DNA of 64,000 nt. It comes from Camelus dromedarius. Lineage: Eukaryota. The stretch covers positions 54,562,001 to 54,626,000 of the forward strand of contig NC_087436.1 of NCBI RefSeq assembly GCF_036321535.1. Direction: 5' to 3'. The notes under the pieces are model-generated. The model saw only the letters and a list, made by a program, of their open reading frames with translations, searched no databases and was not told the DNA's origin. Positions 1 to 13,780 of this stretch are shown here, in pieces; the first letter of the stretch is position 1, and each line of letters starts with the position of its first letter. The translations under genes were made by a program, and so were the position numbers.

Positions 1-3000
1 GAAAAGTCTCATTGCTTTGGTATTTTAGTTTATCTAGTCTTTGTTGTTTCCTCGACACTCTAATATCTTTAAAAGCATGTGACTTTTTCAAATGGTTTGT
101 TTTACTAATTGTTCTTTACTAGTTGTTGCAGTGTGAGCATTGGCCTTCACAAGGTATTTGATCCTATGCAGAAATGGAAGTTCCCCACCCTAACCTGAAG
201 CCTGTTTGTGTTTTTTTAGGGTTCTCATAACACTGCAATACTCTGTGCTTATCTTTGTCATATTTTTCTCATTTGATAATAATAATCCTTCCTGTATCTG
301 TATGCATGTGTGTATTTAGGGGACAAGGAATATTGCAGATGTTTATCTGTCTCTGTCCCTAGATGGTAGGGTTTCTAGAGTCAGTGTCCCCAGCCTTGCG
401 TCTGTGTTGGATGGAAGGTGAAGTATACACGTGGAACAAATCAGTGATCGGCAGTTATCCCCATTCTCGGACACGGATTATTAGAAGTTTGGAATCAGCC
501 ATTGCCTGAAATGTTTAAAACAGCTTGTTGTAAAGGTTTACAGTCTCCACACTGTCTCCACACTGATGTATAATTTAGTGCTGAAGAAGGAACTTTGATC
601 CTAACAAGACTTACCAGTTTACCCTGGTAACCACAGTACTTCCGCTGCTTTGTATCTTTCCCAGGGCTCAGTAGAGGGCTCTGTTCTTAGACACTTAGAG
701 TTTATATGTAAAGCTATTGCTGTGGTTTTAGTGTTCTTGAATTTTCAAGAATTAATTCTATGTATGACAGATGTTAGCTGGAGTAGACTATTATGGGATG
801 TCATCTGTAATTCTGAAGCACAGACTCCTGTTTTCCCTCTTCAGAGTGGAGGCCCTTCTTTTCTCTTTAACATGTGGCAAAAGTAGGGGACACAACAGCA
901 GTGTTTTACGTTTAATTTGCCCTTACATTATGTAATGCTAAAAGTGCAGATTTTCTTGATTTAAAATCAAATACTGAGTAACTTTCTAATGTTAACACCT
1001 ACATAAGGCTTTGTTTTTAGATTTTTATATTTTAATGACATAAATCCTAATTAAGTTATTCTTTCACACTTTTCTTTCTCATTTGGAAATTCTCTATGAT
1101 TCTCTGAACAATGTGCTAATAAACTTTGTTGTTCTTTATGGTTTGTTTTAAGGCAAGACACTATTACAATTTCTTGTAAGATTTTTCTGAACCTAATTAA
1201 AACTTAGTGCATCAATTCTAATTTTATAGATTGGATGTCTAAAGCTCATAAGGAGGAATAAAGTTTCATCTTAAAAACTTAAATGGAATCTTTTTCTCTG
1301 TTATCTGATTGCATCTGAGGCTTCTTAGAATTTTCTCATGAATTGGAGTTTTTTAATTTCATATTCCTCGTGTAGTCAAATTATATTTACTATACTTTTT
1401 CTGTTAAAACTCTTGTTAATTTAAATAACAAAACTCTTCATTAGTTATTTAGGAAAGAAAATAAATCATGAAATTAGTGAATAATAATGTGATATTACAA
1501 ATATATCTGAAGTCAGGTTCCAAGGACTGTCTTATAAAGCTTCCTACTTTCTTTTTCCAGTATAATCTTATTTTGAAATAAATGATTTGTTAATAGCCTA
1601 TAATATGTGGTTTTACATTTTAAAATAGAATATAAATGCTTGTCAGTTGAAAAACACAAGTTAATGAAATGGGAAACAGCAAACTATTTTGAGTATCACA
1701 GTAATACTGAGTTCATTTTTTGTTGATATGTTGTATTTTCATTATCATTCAATGCAAAATGTTATCTTACTTGCATTCTAACTTTTTTGATCCATGAATT
1801 ATTTGAAAATATATTACCTATTTTTATAGTTTTTACTTCTCTGGGTTATAGTGGTATGGTAGGAAGACACAGTCAGCTAAATAGGCTTTTAGTATAGAGT
1901 TATTCAAAGGAAATATCTAAATATTTAAGAGGAAAAAAATTGAGTCAGTTAAAACTATAATTTCATATGCATGGATTTGTTCAGATTTGTTCGGAAACCT
2001 TAGTATTTAACCTAATATTTTAACTCGTTTACTATCAAATATGTACTTGGTTCAACTGATCTAAAGGAAGAGGTGGATTCACTAGGGAAACCTATGTGGC
2101 TAGTTCCCAAGAGGTTCTAAAATGTGGCACTACCGTAGTAAATTTATTGTCACCCAGGGTCTGAACCTCAGCTATTCTATTTCAGAAATCTAGCACATCA
2201 AAGACAAATAACTTTCATGGGCAAACTTATACTAACCAAGCTCAGGAGACTGATATATAAAACCCAAATATCACCTTACAATAAGAACTGTAATTGCTAA
2301 AGGTACCAAATAAGGAAAGCTACCTACAAAGCCTGATTGTAATCAAGGAGCCAGTCGATAAATTTACAGTAAGAAATACAACTATCCAGGGAACCAGACA
2401 CTTGAGTCTTCTGGTAAGCACATTTTCTCCCTAGGTGCCATGTGAGAAACTATTATAATTGAAAGGAATTTTAGTGAACATCTAATCAGGGCAAGGCAGA
2501 TTAGTTATGTGATTTGAAGTTTAAAAGCCTCAAGTTAAGATGCTTCTCGAGGACCATGACAGTGTTTTCTTCATTTTTGTATCCTGATTGTGTGGCACAT
2601 GCTAGAGATTAAAAAAAAGTCTGTTGAATAAATGAACACACTATACAAAAAAACATACATATTCCAGGTGTTAGGAAATATTTTATTTGCTGCACTGAAC
2701 ACATTGCCTTTAAAAGTATATTATTGCTAACAACGATAGCATGGAGAAAATATCTGTAAAAATAGTAGCTGGTCAATTTTGTATTAAAAAAACCCTCTTC
2801 AAAATGAACATAAACATGTAAGGTAGGACGTGCCCATTGCACAGCCCCATGGCCACCGTTTAGATAGGGGGCAGTGTGGCCCGTGGTGTTGCACAGCGCA
2901 GCAGTACTGACCTGTAGTTAGCTGATTTTTACATTTTGAAGTAAGGAATAAGAAATGTAAAGTGGATTATCCAAAACATGTGCAACTATTATAGGCTAAG

Positions 3001-5229
3001 TGCTGAAATTACACATTCACAATAGATAGCTCATCATTCGAGCAGTATCAGTGCACAGTTTCAAAGCACAGTAGTCGAAACAGTGCCATCAAGAACTCAG
3101 ACCTCTGCATTTTCCAGCATGTGACCAATTAAATTGCCTTTGTCACCCTAACCCCTTTGTACGTGAATCACTCTGCTTTTTTGTGGTAATTTTCCTTTCT
3201 TTCCAACTATTATCCTTTCAGTAAACATGATTGCCAGAAATCTTGTATCAACGACTTTCAATTTCTATTTTCATCTTCTGGGTTAGATAAGTTAAGTGTC
3301 TTGAATAGTACGTATTTGCTGATGCTGCTCATTGTAAGAGTGATAATGAGCAAAGAGCATCTGAGGGTAATAATTGTGAAAACAGGAGGAATGCTGCTTG
3401 GGGTGATGGGCCCTTTCCTCATCGTTGGGCTCATCCTGAGCAAACACTTTGACTGCTGGTTAGATTGGTACTTGAGTGCAGTCTTGTTTCACTAGCTGCT
3501 TGTAGGCTAACGGTCCAACTCAGATTACCTAAATGAAGAAATACCTCTGGAACATGTCACCATTAGTGACTGCCCTTTTGTGCATGGGCTTCAGTCTTCC
3601 ATTTTTTAGCTTTGCTGCTTTGGGCAAGCTTAATTCCTATGAATGTTGGTCTTGCCTTGTCTTTAACAGGGTGACAACAATAACTTCCTTTCAGAACTGT
3701 GAAAAGCAAAACATATTACATTACAATTGCTATTGAATAGTTCCTGGGACATAACAGGTTTTTCTTTGGGCATTCAGCTACTTGTAAAGCAAAATGATTT
3801 TTTAACTAAAACCTCAAGCACTTTTTTTTTTTTTTTTTTTTTTGCTGTGTGTACATTTTAACAATCCCATAAGAAATTTCATATAAGCACTTTCATTGCT
3901 AATCTGCTGCATTGTATGCAGTTTTGGCTGTTTTTCTATTTTTTGAATGACAGTATAGATTGAGAAAAGAGAACATTCAGACTTTAAGATCCTAAAGGAT
4001 AAAAAGTTTAACCAGAAATTATTATTTTTCTATTGAATATAATAATTGGTTATTTGGAACATGGCTTAGAATTTAAAAACTTTGAGATAATTATTTTTCT
4101 CATATTATTTCCCATGGGTACTTTTTAAATTTTTCTCATTATTTTTCAGTGATGCTCTTTTTCCCCACTTCCCCTGCCACAAGATCTATACAGCTTATTT
4201 AAATGCAGAAGTACGATTTTAATAACAAACCAGAATCTTGTTGATTATAAACTATAGGCCAGTTTTAGCTATATGTAATAAGAATCTTAAAGAAATTAAT
4301 ATTCTTTTCCTGTATAATCCAATTCTAGAATACATTTTAAAGAAGTAACCAGAAAACAGGAGGGAAAAAAGTACACAAAAACATTCCTCAGATAATTTTG
4401 TATAATTGCAAATATTTTGAAAATATTTAAATATCCGACAAGTTCAGGATGTTTGCACATAATGTTATTTCCACTTAGTAGATTAGTTTATTAAAATGTT
4501 GCTCATTGGACACTTAAGCATAGGGAAATAGTTGTGTTGCAGTGTAAAGAATGAAAAAGTAAGTAGCATTTTAATTTTAAAAAACATACATACTAAGAGT
4601 TTATAAGGAAATATGCAAGTATATTGGCGGCTGTTATGATTAATTGATACAATTGAAATACATTTTCCTTTTCCCTGCTATTCTAATTGTTTTCAAAAGA
4701 GTATTTTTTTTATGGTAGCATTTTGAAAAATATGGTGTCTCGTCAGTGGAAACAATGATTCTAAGTTATTAATAAATGTATTATTATCTATAAGCCCTGT
4801 TGATAGCATTTGACTATTTCTGTGGTGTGAATACTTTCACTGTGACAAATTTTAAGCAACTGGTGGGTGAAAATTCTGAAAATTTAAGAACTGTTATGTG
4901 AGCTGGTATGAGTCATTCTAGCATTTCAGAGATCTAATTAATCATCCTGAAAACTAGGCCCATAAAAGGAAAATCAAATATTTATGATCCTTTACAATTG
5001 AATTATCCCCTTGGTAACCAAGTAATATCAAGAAGTATCTCTTTATAAATAATTATTTTAGCTACAAATGAAAACAAAATAATAGACTTAACTATCTCAA
5101 CTTTTCTGTCTTCATTGAATTCATGATAGACTTTGAGCATCAATAGAAGAGAAAGAGTGAGGAGGACAGCCTACACTAGAAAGTAAAAAGACATGGTCCT
5201 TGCTACTGCCTGTGTAATGGAGGGGAAAA

Positions 5230-6600
5230 CAGCAAATAAAGAAATGCTTTTAACTATGTATTTCTATTTAATCTGCATGTAGTGACTCCTTGCTCTATAA
5301 ATTAAAGTACGTTTTACCATTCATCCTCCTTTCTAATTATGTCGCCAATACTAATTTTCTTTGTCAGGATTTATATTATAGACTCTCCTATGCCTTAATT
5401 TTTCTAGAAGGTATGTCCCAGTACCCTAAGTGAATTCAACATTGACCACCATCCTTTTACTAACCATAGCTACATCATTAATGCCTTTTTAATTCTTGAT
5501 TTTTTAATCATCATTTGGTTGTCCGGATTTAAACACTGAATACTTAATTTTTAAACATCCATAAACTCTTGGGTACTTTTATGTGTTGTTTCATGTATGT
5601 AAATGTTTGCCATTTGCCTTTATATCCAAAATGCAACTTGTTGAGGAATAACAATATTCACTCAGACATTTTTTTCCCATCAGATATTTGAAGACAGTGT
5701 TTCACTGAATTCTGGTATTAAATGTTGTGGTGATGACATTTGAGGCCAGCTTGAATTTATTCCTCTTTGAAGTTGATTTGTGTTTTCTGCTCATGACTGA
5801 GAAACTCTTTTTATCATGGACACAAAATAGTTTAACCAGAGTTTGTGTCATTTCTGAATGTTCCTTTTAAGTTCTTTCTGGTATATATTGTAACATATTT
5901 AGATTCAGTTCTTCCTTCATTTCTTCAGAGAAATGTTATTGTATTATATGTCTTCAATTTTTTATTCCATTTACCAGATTTCTAATAGGTTGTTGTCCAT
6001 ATATTTGATTATCTTAGTGTGTCTGCTTATCAACATTGCTCAGTGAGAATCTTTAATATCTGTTTCTATTTTCTCTTACTTTTCTGTAACTGCCTCAGAT
6101 ATTGTTTTATGTCATTGATTTGACTTTTGCATTTTTCTGACTCTATTTCTATACATTCAATTTGAATATTTTGGCTCTCAATTAATTTCCTTAGCTGTGA
6201 AATCTTACATTCCAACTCATTTTGTTGTCTTTCCTCTTATTTCTGTAATCCATCTTATTGACTCCTAATTTCTCCCATTAAATTCTTCTATATTTCAAAT
6301 TAATCTTGAGAATATGCTGTTAGTCCTTGGATTATGTTTCAAATCATTTGTTTTAATTTTGCATATGATTTTTTTTTAACTTTTCCCCCACCTCTAACTT
6401 TTTCCTTTTTCCTACTATAGTATGTTTGCATAGTTTACATATGCTATTTCCTTTATTTAAAAAAAAAAAAAAAACTCTTAAAATGAGCAGCTATGTTCAG
6501 ATCTTGTATTTGCTCTGACTTAATGTGAATTATCCTTGGCACTTTTTCTACTTTTTATAGACTACTTTCTCTATTTTACTAGATTTAAAGGCTAAATATT
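5230..6600 (-). mobile_element. Old L1M-type LINE fragment (ORF1/5' region), heavily decayed
   Basis: T-rich antisense L1 motifs such as ccatcagatatttgaagacagtgtttcactgaattctgg (about 5680-5715). Confidence 0.55.
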
Positions 6601-6639
6601 CTCATCTACGCAATTTCTGTACTTGCTTATTTGGTAGTA

Positions 6640-8200
6640 TTGATGAACTTTTCCGGCACCTGTCTAAGGCTCCCTAACTCCGTCATGTACTGGATCAGGG
6701 CGTCTCTCATAGAAGGACATTACTTCAGCAACTCTCCTCTCCCCTTTCATCATCAACACTTCTCTTCTAGATCATCCCAGCACCAGACAAACAGATTCTT
6801 ATCACATTTTTTAAGTTCTTGGCCGATCCCTCCTTTCCTCCAGTCACTGCTGCATGTCTCTGTCTCCACTTACTGCAAACTTCCTTAAAATATTTTCTGT
6901 GCTCACTCTCCCCAACTCCTCTTTTTTTTATTCTCCCTTGAAGCTAAGAGGCTTTCACTCTCCACACTGCACAGAAACCACTTTTGTCATGACCAGCAAT
7001 AATTGCCATGTGGCCAAATCCAGTTGGGTTCTCAGTCTCCCTCCTACCTGTTAGCAGCATTTGACTGAGCACGTGACACTCTGTGCACGACATCCAGGAC
7101 AACTCCCTGTCCCACTGAGCAGCCATTTTCAACTTCCTTTTCCAGTTCCTTTTCATATCCCTAACTTTATTAAAGGTGGAGTGCTCTTAGGCTCTGCTTT
7201 TCAATTTCTGTTTTATCTCACAACCTTGATGACAGTTTTAAATGCTACCTTTATGTTGACAAGGTCCCATGTTTTACCCCCAGTCAAGATCTCGTCACTG
7301 AACTTCAAATATCAAACCCCCAGTTGGAAGTCTCATGTGCATTTCAAAATTTCCATATCCAAATCCTAACTTATGCATTGACTCATCTCCTTCACACCCT
7401 CATGCAGTCAGTAAGAAAATCCTACTGACCCTGCTTTCCAAATATATACAAATTTCAACCAACCTCTTTTTATAACTTCTTGCTGCTACCACTGTAATCA
7501 GCTTTTCTCTGAATTATGGATGTAACTTCCTAATGGGACTCCTTGCTTCTATGTTTGCTCCTCCAGGTGTCTATTCTCAAGACCAAGACCATAGTCAGAA
7601 AATACCAACTGAAATATAAATCAGATTAAATCTCTCCTCTGTTCAAAACCCTCCATGGCTTCACTTCTCAACCTATGTAAAAGCTAAAATACTTACAATG
7701 GTACAAGGCCCTATGCAACATACCTGCTTCCACCTCTAACCAATTACTCTTTCATCTCATCTCCTACTCACCTCCCCGCAGCTCACTGCACGTAGGTGAC
7801 ACCGTCTAGCTGGCTGTTCCTCATACTTGCTTTTGTTCTTGCTGCTTTTGATGCCTGGAAACCTGTCCACATGGTCCACTCTCTTTGTCTTTGCTCACTT
7901 GTCACCTTCTCACAGAGGACTTCCCTGGCCACACTGAAAAACTGGAGCTCTTCTCCCCCAAGGACTTCTCTCTCTTGTCTTCTTTTCTAGGTAGTCATAT
8001 TCTAATAAACTATAGACATACTTGGGTTTTGTTGGGTTTTAATATGTTTCTAAATATTATAGTGTAAGTTCCATAACACTAGGTATTTTTGTCTGATTTG
8101 TTGACTGCCATTTCTTCAGGGCCTGGAACAGTGCCATATACTTACTAGGATCTCAATAAAGAGCGGTTAAATGAATGGATAAAAGAATGAATGAATGAAC
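6640..8200 (+). mobile_element. L2 LINE 3' fragment
   Basis: C/T-rich L2 body motifs (ctgttcaaaaccctccatggcttc) ending in the L2 tail gggcctggaacagtgcc...ctcaataaa...(gaat)n. Confidence 0.8.
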
Positions 8201-9183
8201 TGTGGAAGGGCTAGGTCTCATCTGCAGCTAAGTGCAATCCATGCTATGGAATCTGGGTTCTTTTTCTTACTGTTTAATTGCCATGTTGGGGCCCACTCAT
8301 CCCGGGTAAAGGTGTGGAACTCCCATAGTTTTAGATCTCTTACTTAACTCCGTGTAGTATCGTGAAATTTGGAAATTCCTGGTGATACTTTCTCTCTCTG
8401 CTGATGTTTTCCTGCATCACAGAAGTTATTTGTACTTACCCTGATTGTCCCAGGGCTGATGAAACACTCCAGTCAGCTTTGCTAAAAATTAGAAAGTATA
8501 AATGAGAATTTGTAGGATTTTCTTGACTCATAGTTTCCTAAGTATTGCATTTTGGGGGGCAAGACAGGGCAAAAAAAATACTTTCTTTTTTTTTTAAACT
8601 GAGATCATCTGTGTTATTTTTGTTGGCTACTACTTTTTTTTTAGGTTGAGCATCTTTTTGTATCCCTCTCATAGCTTTGGTCTTGCTGGTGAATTTTTTT
8701 GTTATTTTTACTATTTTTCTTCATTTTGTTAAATACCAAAGGAGTAAGATGTTTTCAGTACTGTTTTAATCCTCTATCTTTGCAGGAAGTCTACTTGTTT
8801 TATTTTATTTTTAAACATGAAGCAATATTTAAAAATAAATCAGCAGTCTGTGCTATTGGCATGTTTTTGTTTCTTTGTTTCTTATTTTAGCTAAAGTGTG
8901 CAGTTACTTGTTGCAAGTTTCAAGACCCTTATATTTTTATTTAGGCTGCTTTTTTATTTTTCCAGCTGTAGATTTTACTGTGAGAATTTCTAGCTAACAT
9001 TTTCCTAAACTGTATGATTATATACTTTTCTTTCGTTTTATACATGAAAGCACTTGTTTTGTGATTTATAAAAGTCTTTATAATTAAATAACAGCAACTT
9101 TCAGCAAGTATTACTTATCACCAAGAGCAAAAAAGTCTTCTCAAATGCAAAAGCAGATCTTCGTGAGACTTTCCTTAATCACC

Positions 9184-9371
9184 TTTTTTTTTTTAATTGA
9201 AGTGTTTTTTTTCTTTACATTTTCTTGGTGATTTTACTTACTTATTTTAGATTTTTTTTGAGGGGGAGATAATTAGGTTTATTTATTTATTTTTGGAGGC
9301 CATACTGGGGATTGAACCAGGACCTTGTGCATACTAAGCATGTGCTCTACCACTTGAGCTATACCCTCCCC
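9184..9371 (-). mobile_element. tRNA-derived SINE, camelid vic-1-like, long-tail form
   Basis: Reverse strand reads ggggagggtatagctcaagtggtagagcacatgcttagtatgcacaaggtcctggttcaatccccagta (A and B boxes), then an A-rich tail. TSD ttccttaatc at 9171-9180 and 9378-9387. Confidence 0.85.
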
Positions 9372-11198
9372 AAGATGTTCCTTAATCTTAAACTTCATAA
9401 TATAAAAATGGAAGCAAATGGACTTTTTATTAAAACTCTTTTAATACCTTGCATGAAAATGACACATAATATGATTTCAAAAATACTCCTCCCACTTAAG
9501 GAACATTACTCCTCATGAAAATGTTCTCTACAACTTTAAAAGTCTACTGTTTAAAGGTGGGCAGCTTCAGAAATGAAAACTTAGTCATTGTTTGAGAGTG
9601 CCTAGCGCATGGAGGACCCACAAAGACTAAATTGAGTATTTCTTTCTTAAAATTCCTTGATTTAACAAACATATGCCCTAATTACATACCTTTATTTTCA
9701 GGAAAGAGTAAAGGTCTGTGGGATTCTGATTTCTCTCCAGGGCTGGCTTAATAAGTGCTGTGTGTAACTGCTTCTTCCTGCACATGGTCAGGAGAACTGG
9801 TTCCCAGGCTGTTAACTGTTAGAATTTGTTAAGCCTCAGTATCAATCAATTATGTTGAGGCAACAGGAGACTTGGAATACGTAACAGAAAGCATAGAAAT
9901 AATGAAAAATATAGGAATCAGGAAAACATGCACATGAATATGCTAAGAATGGAAAAATTCATAGTGATAGCTTGCTAATTTATGTTTTCCTTATCAATAT
10001 TTTGAAACGACATGCACTTCCCTGACAGACATAGCATACAACAACTCTAAGACTGTTGCAAAAAGGAGACAAAGTAAGGTGCCGTGGACACTTGGGGGAT
10101 TACTGTTTATGTTGCTGAAATTTTTTAAAAGTATTAACTCACCATAATAATCTTTTAATTATCGTTTCCAAGTAATGAGTGTAACATAATTCAAAATAAT
10201 TTAATTAGCTAACAAAGAAATTAGCAGAAATATATGTTTGTTTAAAATAAAAGAAGTATATCTTTCACTATTAGTGAGATGATTGATTTCTTTTGGTAAA
10301 TGATTCCTCAAGATGTGAAGAATGATTGGGAAAACATACGATAGGACAGAAAAGTATTGCCTTTTTCCTGTTATATTAGAACTTAACTGGGGCATTTATA
10401 TCAGTGTTACATATTTTGTTTATGTAATCTGATAAATAATGCTAATGACATTTATTAAGTATGTTATGCTAGATACTACAGTGAAGTGATTGTCACTGGA
10501 CATGTAGTAAAGGACGTGGTATCAAAAGCTCTTTATAATTAATTTCTATCTGTTTTTAGGTTGAATTGGCAAGTTGTCAGAATTGTATATGCTACCTGCA
10601 TGTGTTATTTTCTGTTTGGATTATCCTTAATACTTGGAGGAAGTAAAGGAAATGAGTAATACTTCAAAATTACTTAATCATTTTTATTTTAAATAATGCT
10701 ATTTTTCTGGTATAACTCATCTTAAATAATGCTTCTTTTGTTCTATGTAAAACAGTGACAGGAATTCCTGCTTTTTTTTTAAAAAATATGGAGTTACACA
10801 GGAGATATTTATTTTTCTTAGCATTTTAATATAAATGTTGCATTCTTTTCTCTCATGGAGTCGTGAACTTCCAGCTAAAGTGTAACAGCAGAAAAACAAA
10901 CAACTTCTAAAAAAATATTTGGCAGACAAAATGAATGCTCCATGGTGATTCTCACCTTTGGGGACAGTCAAAGACAATGCAGGTATATTTGTAAGAGATT
11001 ATTAGATAAGAGAAATGATTCACACACCGCTGGGAAACACATACTGCTCTGCGGGAACTTCCTTCAGAGTTAGGATGTTTCTAAGAGAATGCATTAAACT
11101 GTACAGATGTCTACACAAGCATAGAGGGCATGTGTATGACTTCCCAACAGAAAGATCATTTCATTTTCCAAACCTAATGTTTTCTTTCCACCTTCTAG

Positions 11199-11237
11199 AT
11201 TATGCAGTGTATTTCACTGGGTAACCATGGCAGTGCA
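11199..11237 (+). CDS. Internal coding exon (39 nt, phase 2-2) of unidentified gene A; encodes (x)LCSVFHWVTMAV(Q)
   Basis: Branch-like cctaat at 11173, pyrimidine tract ttttctttccaccttctag, donor GCA|gtaatt. The frame is open and joins in phase to 31673. Confidence 0.62.
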
Positions 11238-11535
11238 GTAATTCTTTGGTTAAAGCTTTTTCATGAAACAAAGCTTACATTTTTTTTTTTCTAGCAGCGG
11301 GAAACATTTGACTGCAAAGCAAATCACACTCTTTTGAGACTAGATGCATGCTGTGTAATTCTGAGTTCAGCATGTGTCTTGAGGGGCGTGTTTAATAATT
11401 TTTTTTTCCCTGAGGCAGTTCTATTTTGTCTGTCTAGTAATACAGAAGACATTCTATTCAACTGTTAAAACTCTATATTGATGTAGGGAAGAACTTGTAA
11501 TTGTTAAAATCAAGTGAAAAATTGCAAAATATTTT

Positions 11536-11566
<31 letters not shown>

Positions 11567-11654
11567 CAATATATTCTGGTTGAAAACACTTTCCTTTCTG
11601 AGCATTTAAGTAGGTTCTTTGAAAATATTTTCATGTTTAGGGTAATAAAAGTAG

Positions 11655-11964
11655 AAACCTAAGGGCCAATGATGTATGTTCCAGTCTGAATATGAAGGCA
11701 GGAGAAGACTGATGTCTCAGTTCAAAGACGGTTAAACAGAGAGAGTGAATTCTCTATTACTCAACTTTTTGTTCTATTGAGGTCTTTAACTGATTGGATG
11801 AGGCCCACTCACATTGGGGAGGGTAATCTGCTTTACTCAGTCTACAGGTTCAAATGTTAAGCCCATCCAGAAACAGCCTCTTACGTAAAGCCCAGAAAGA
11901 TATTTAACCAAATATCTGGACATGCTTGACCCAGTCATGTTGATACATAAAAACAACCATCAAC
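11655..11964 (-). mobile_element. MLT2-like ERVL solo LTR fragment
   Basis: Motifs gattggatgaggcccactcacattggggagggtaatctgctttactcagtctac and terminal gacccagtcatgttgatacataaaaacaaccatca. Confidence 0.8.
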
Positions 11965-13534
11965 ACTAAACATCAGAAAAGTATTCCTTATATTTAATAG
12001 AGAAGTTGTACCAGTGTTACCCATTTACCCTTCATTATTTCCTTCCCTATCCTCTTAATTTCTAATTGTTTGCTTCCAATATCATTCCCTGCCATCTTCA
12101 TCAGTGCCATCCAAGAGTTCTCTGCAAATCTGATTGTCACTTCCCTTCTCAAATCATCCATTAGGTCTTCAATGCTTTGAGAATACATTTTTCACACGTC
12201 TTTTCACATCGTATGCAGACCTTCGTAAGCTTTCCTTTGCCTACCTGTCTAACCTGCTTTCTCATGCTTGCAGCACTGTTTAGCCATGAGTTAAAATCTT
12301 TAGTTCCTCAGGGTATCATGCCGTCTGAAGTCTCTCTGCCTTTGCGTATACTTTTCCCTTCATGTTAAGTATCCTCCTGTCCCTTCTCCATTTGTTCATA
12401 CCTGCTTATCTTTCAAAGATTCAGTTGAAGCTTTATGTCCTCTGAGAGGCTGTTCTTTTACATCTCTAGTTTCTGTTCAGAGACCCTCTTCTGTGCAATT
12501 TGCTATGTCTTCTACACCTTTGTAACTCTGACACCAAGCACAAAACCTTTGCTGTGGAGATTTTATTAAATAAATGTTTGATAATATAAGAAATGAGTTA
12601 CTGGAAGTAGGCTCTCTGATGCTGTTGGAGGCTGAAATAAGAAGCTGGAAATTTATTTAAGAACTTACTTAAGAATGTTCAGTTTTTACAGAGAGACATG
12701 AAAAAGCTGAAAACAATTTTATTTCTCACAGGCAGGAGTGTGGGGTTGGGGACAAAAGCCCAGGGTTGCATATATGAAGGACTTTCTGTAGGAAGCATAT
12801 ACTAACTAAAAAGTAAGTTTAGAGTGATTTGTGAAAGATCATTTTCTGCCAAAACCTGAAATAGTGGATTTAGGGCTCAGCCCAAGTGAGGTTAACATCC
12901 CATTATAGATTTAGAATGAGTTAACAAAGACAGTAATTTCAACTGTCACAATTAGGAAAAATAAAATCCAAAAAATTTTAAGTTAGTGAATCAGAAACAG
13001 AATCCAAAATGCATTTGCTAAGTCAACTGAGGTTCTGTAAACTAAATTCTCTATTCTCTAAATCGGATTTAGTTAGATAGGTACTTGCCTTTTAGTGCAT
13101 TTATTTGTATGCTTTTTGCCAATGACTAGTGTTCAGGAAATGGGGTAGTTACCATTAGAAAAGAGAAAACTGAAAGGTCGTAAATCTGAGCTCTTGAAAG
13201 GAGCTTTTATATGGGTACTTTGGCCAAATGACAACTCTAGTCATTGGAATGTGGATGGAAATGGTGTCTGCCACTTCTAGTCCCGGCTCTTAAGCATTTT
13301 GTTGTCCTCTATGCTCTTTCTGTCTGTTTAATTGTGATTGTCAGAGTTATCCTGGAAGCCAATTTTTGAGGATGGCTGATTGGCCATAAGTGTGGGGTCC
13401 TGAATACCTACCCACTCCCCTCACTTCATCCACCAGGCTGACCTGAAACATTCGTTCTTCACTCTTAGCTGAATAGGATACAATTTATGTTGTGTCTGTT
13501 TATTACAGCAGTTTATGTGAAAACTATATTTACA

Positions 13535-13780
13535 CATAATAGAGTGGGTAAGAGCTCAGATTCTGAGGGTAGACTGAATAAATTGCTGTTTGATCTTCAG
13601 TGAAATACTTACATTTTCTATGCCTCACTTTGCTCATATGTAAACTGGGCTCGTCTTGGAGTTAATATATGTGTTGAGTTATATATGATGAGTTACATAT
13701 AATGAGTTAACATATGTAAAGTCCTTAGAACAGTGCGTAGCACATAGAAAAAGCCTAAAGTACTTTGATATTGTTATTAT
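13535..13780 (+). mobile_element. MIR SINE
   Basis: Core ctatgcctcactttgctcatatgtaaactggg and tail gtaaagtccttagaacagtgcgtagcacatag. Confidence 0.75.

Noticed and set aside
545..566. Tandem tctccacactg x2
   Set aside because: Trivial slippage duplication; not an array or CRISPR.
3222..3495. About 90-codon open frame after a plausible acceptor
   Set aside because: No convincing donor or phase link and no recognisable protein.
9300..9371. tRNA-like sequence (also 48680-48751)
   Set aside because: SINE heads with tails and TSDs, not tRNA genes.
9702..9713. 12-nt microexon candidate (ttttcag|GAAAGAGTAAAG|gtctgt)
   Set aside because: Contains TAA in the phase needed to join gene A's next exon; mediocre donor.
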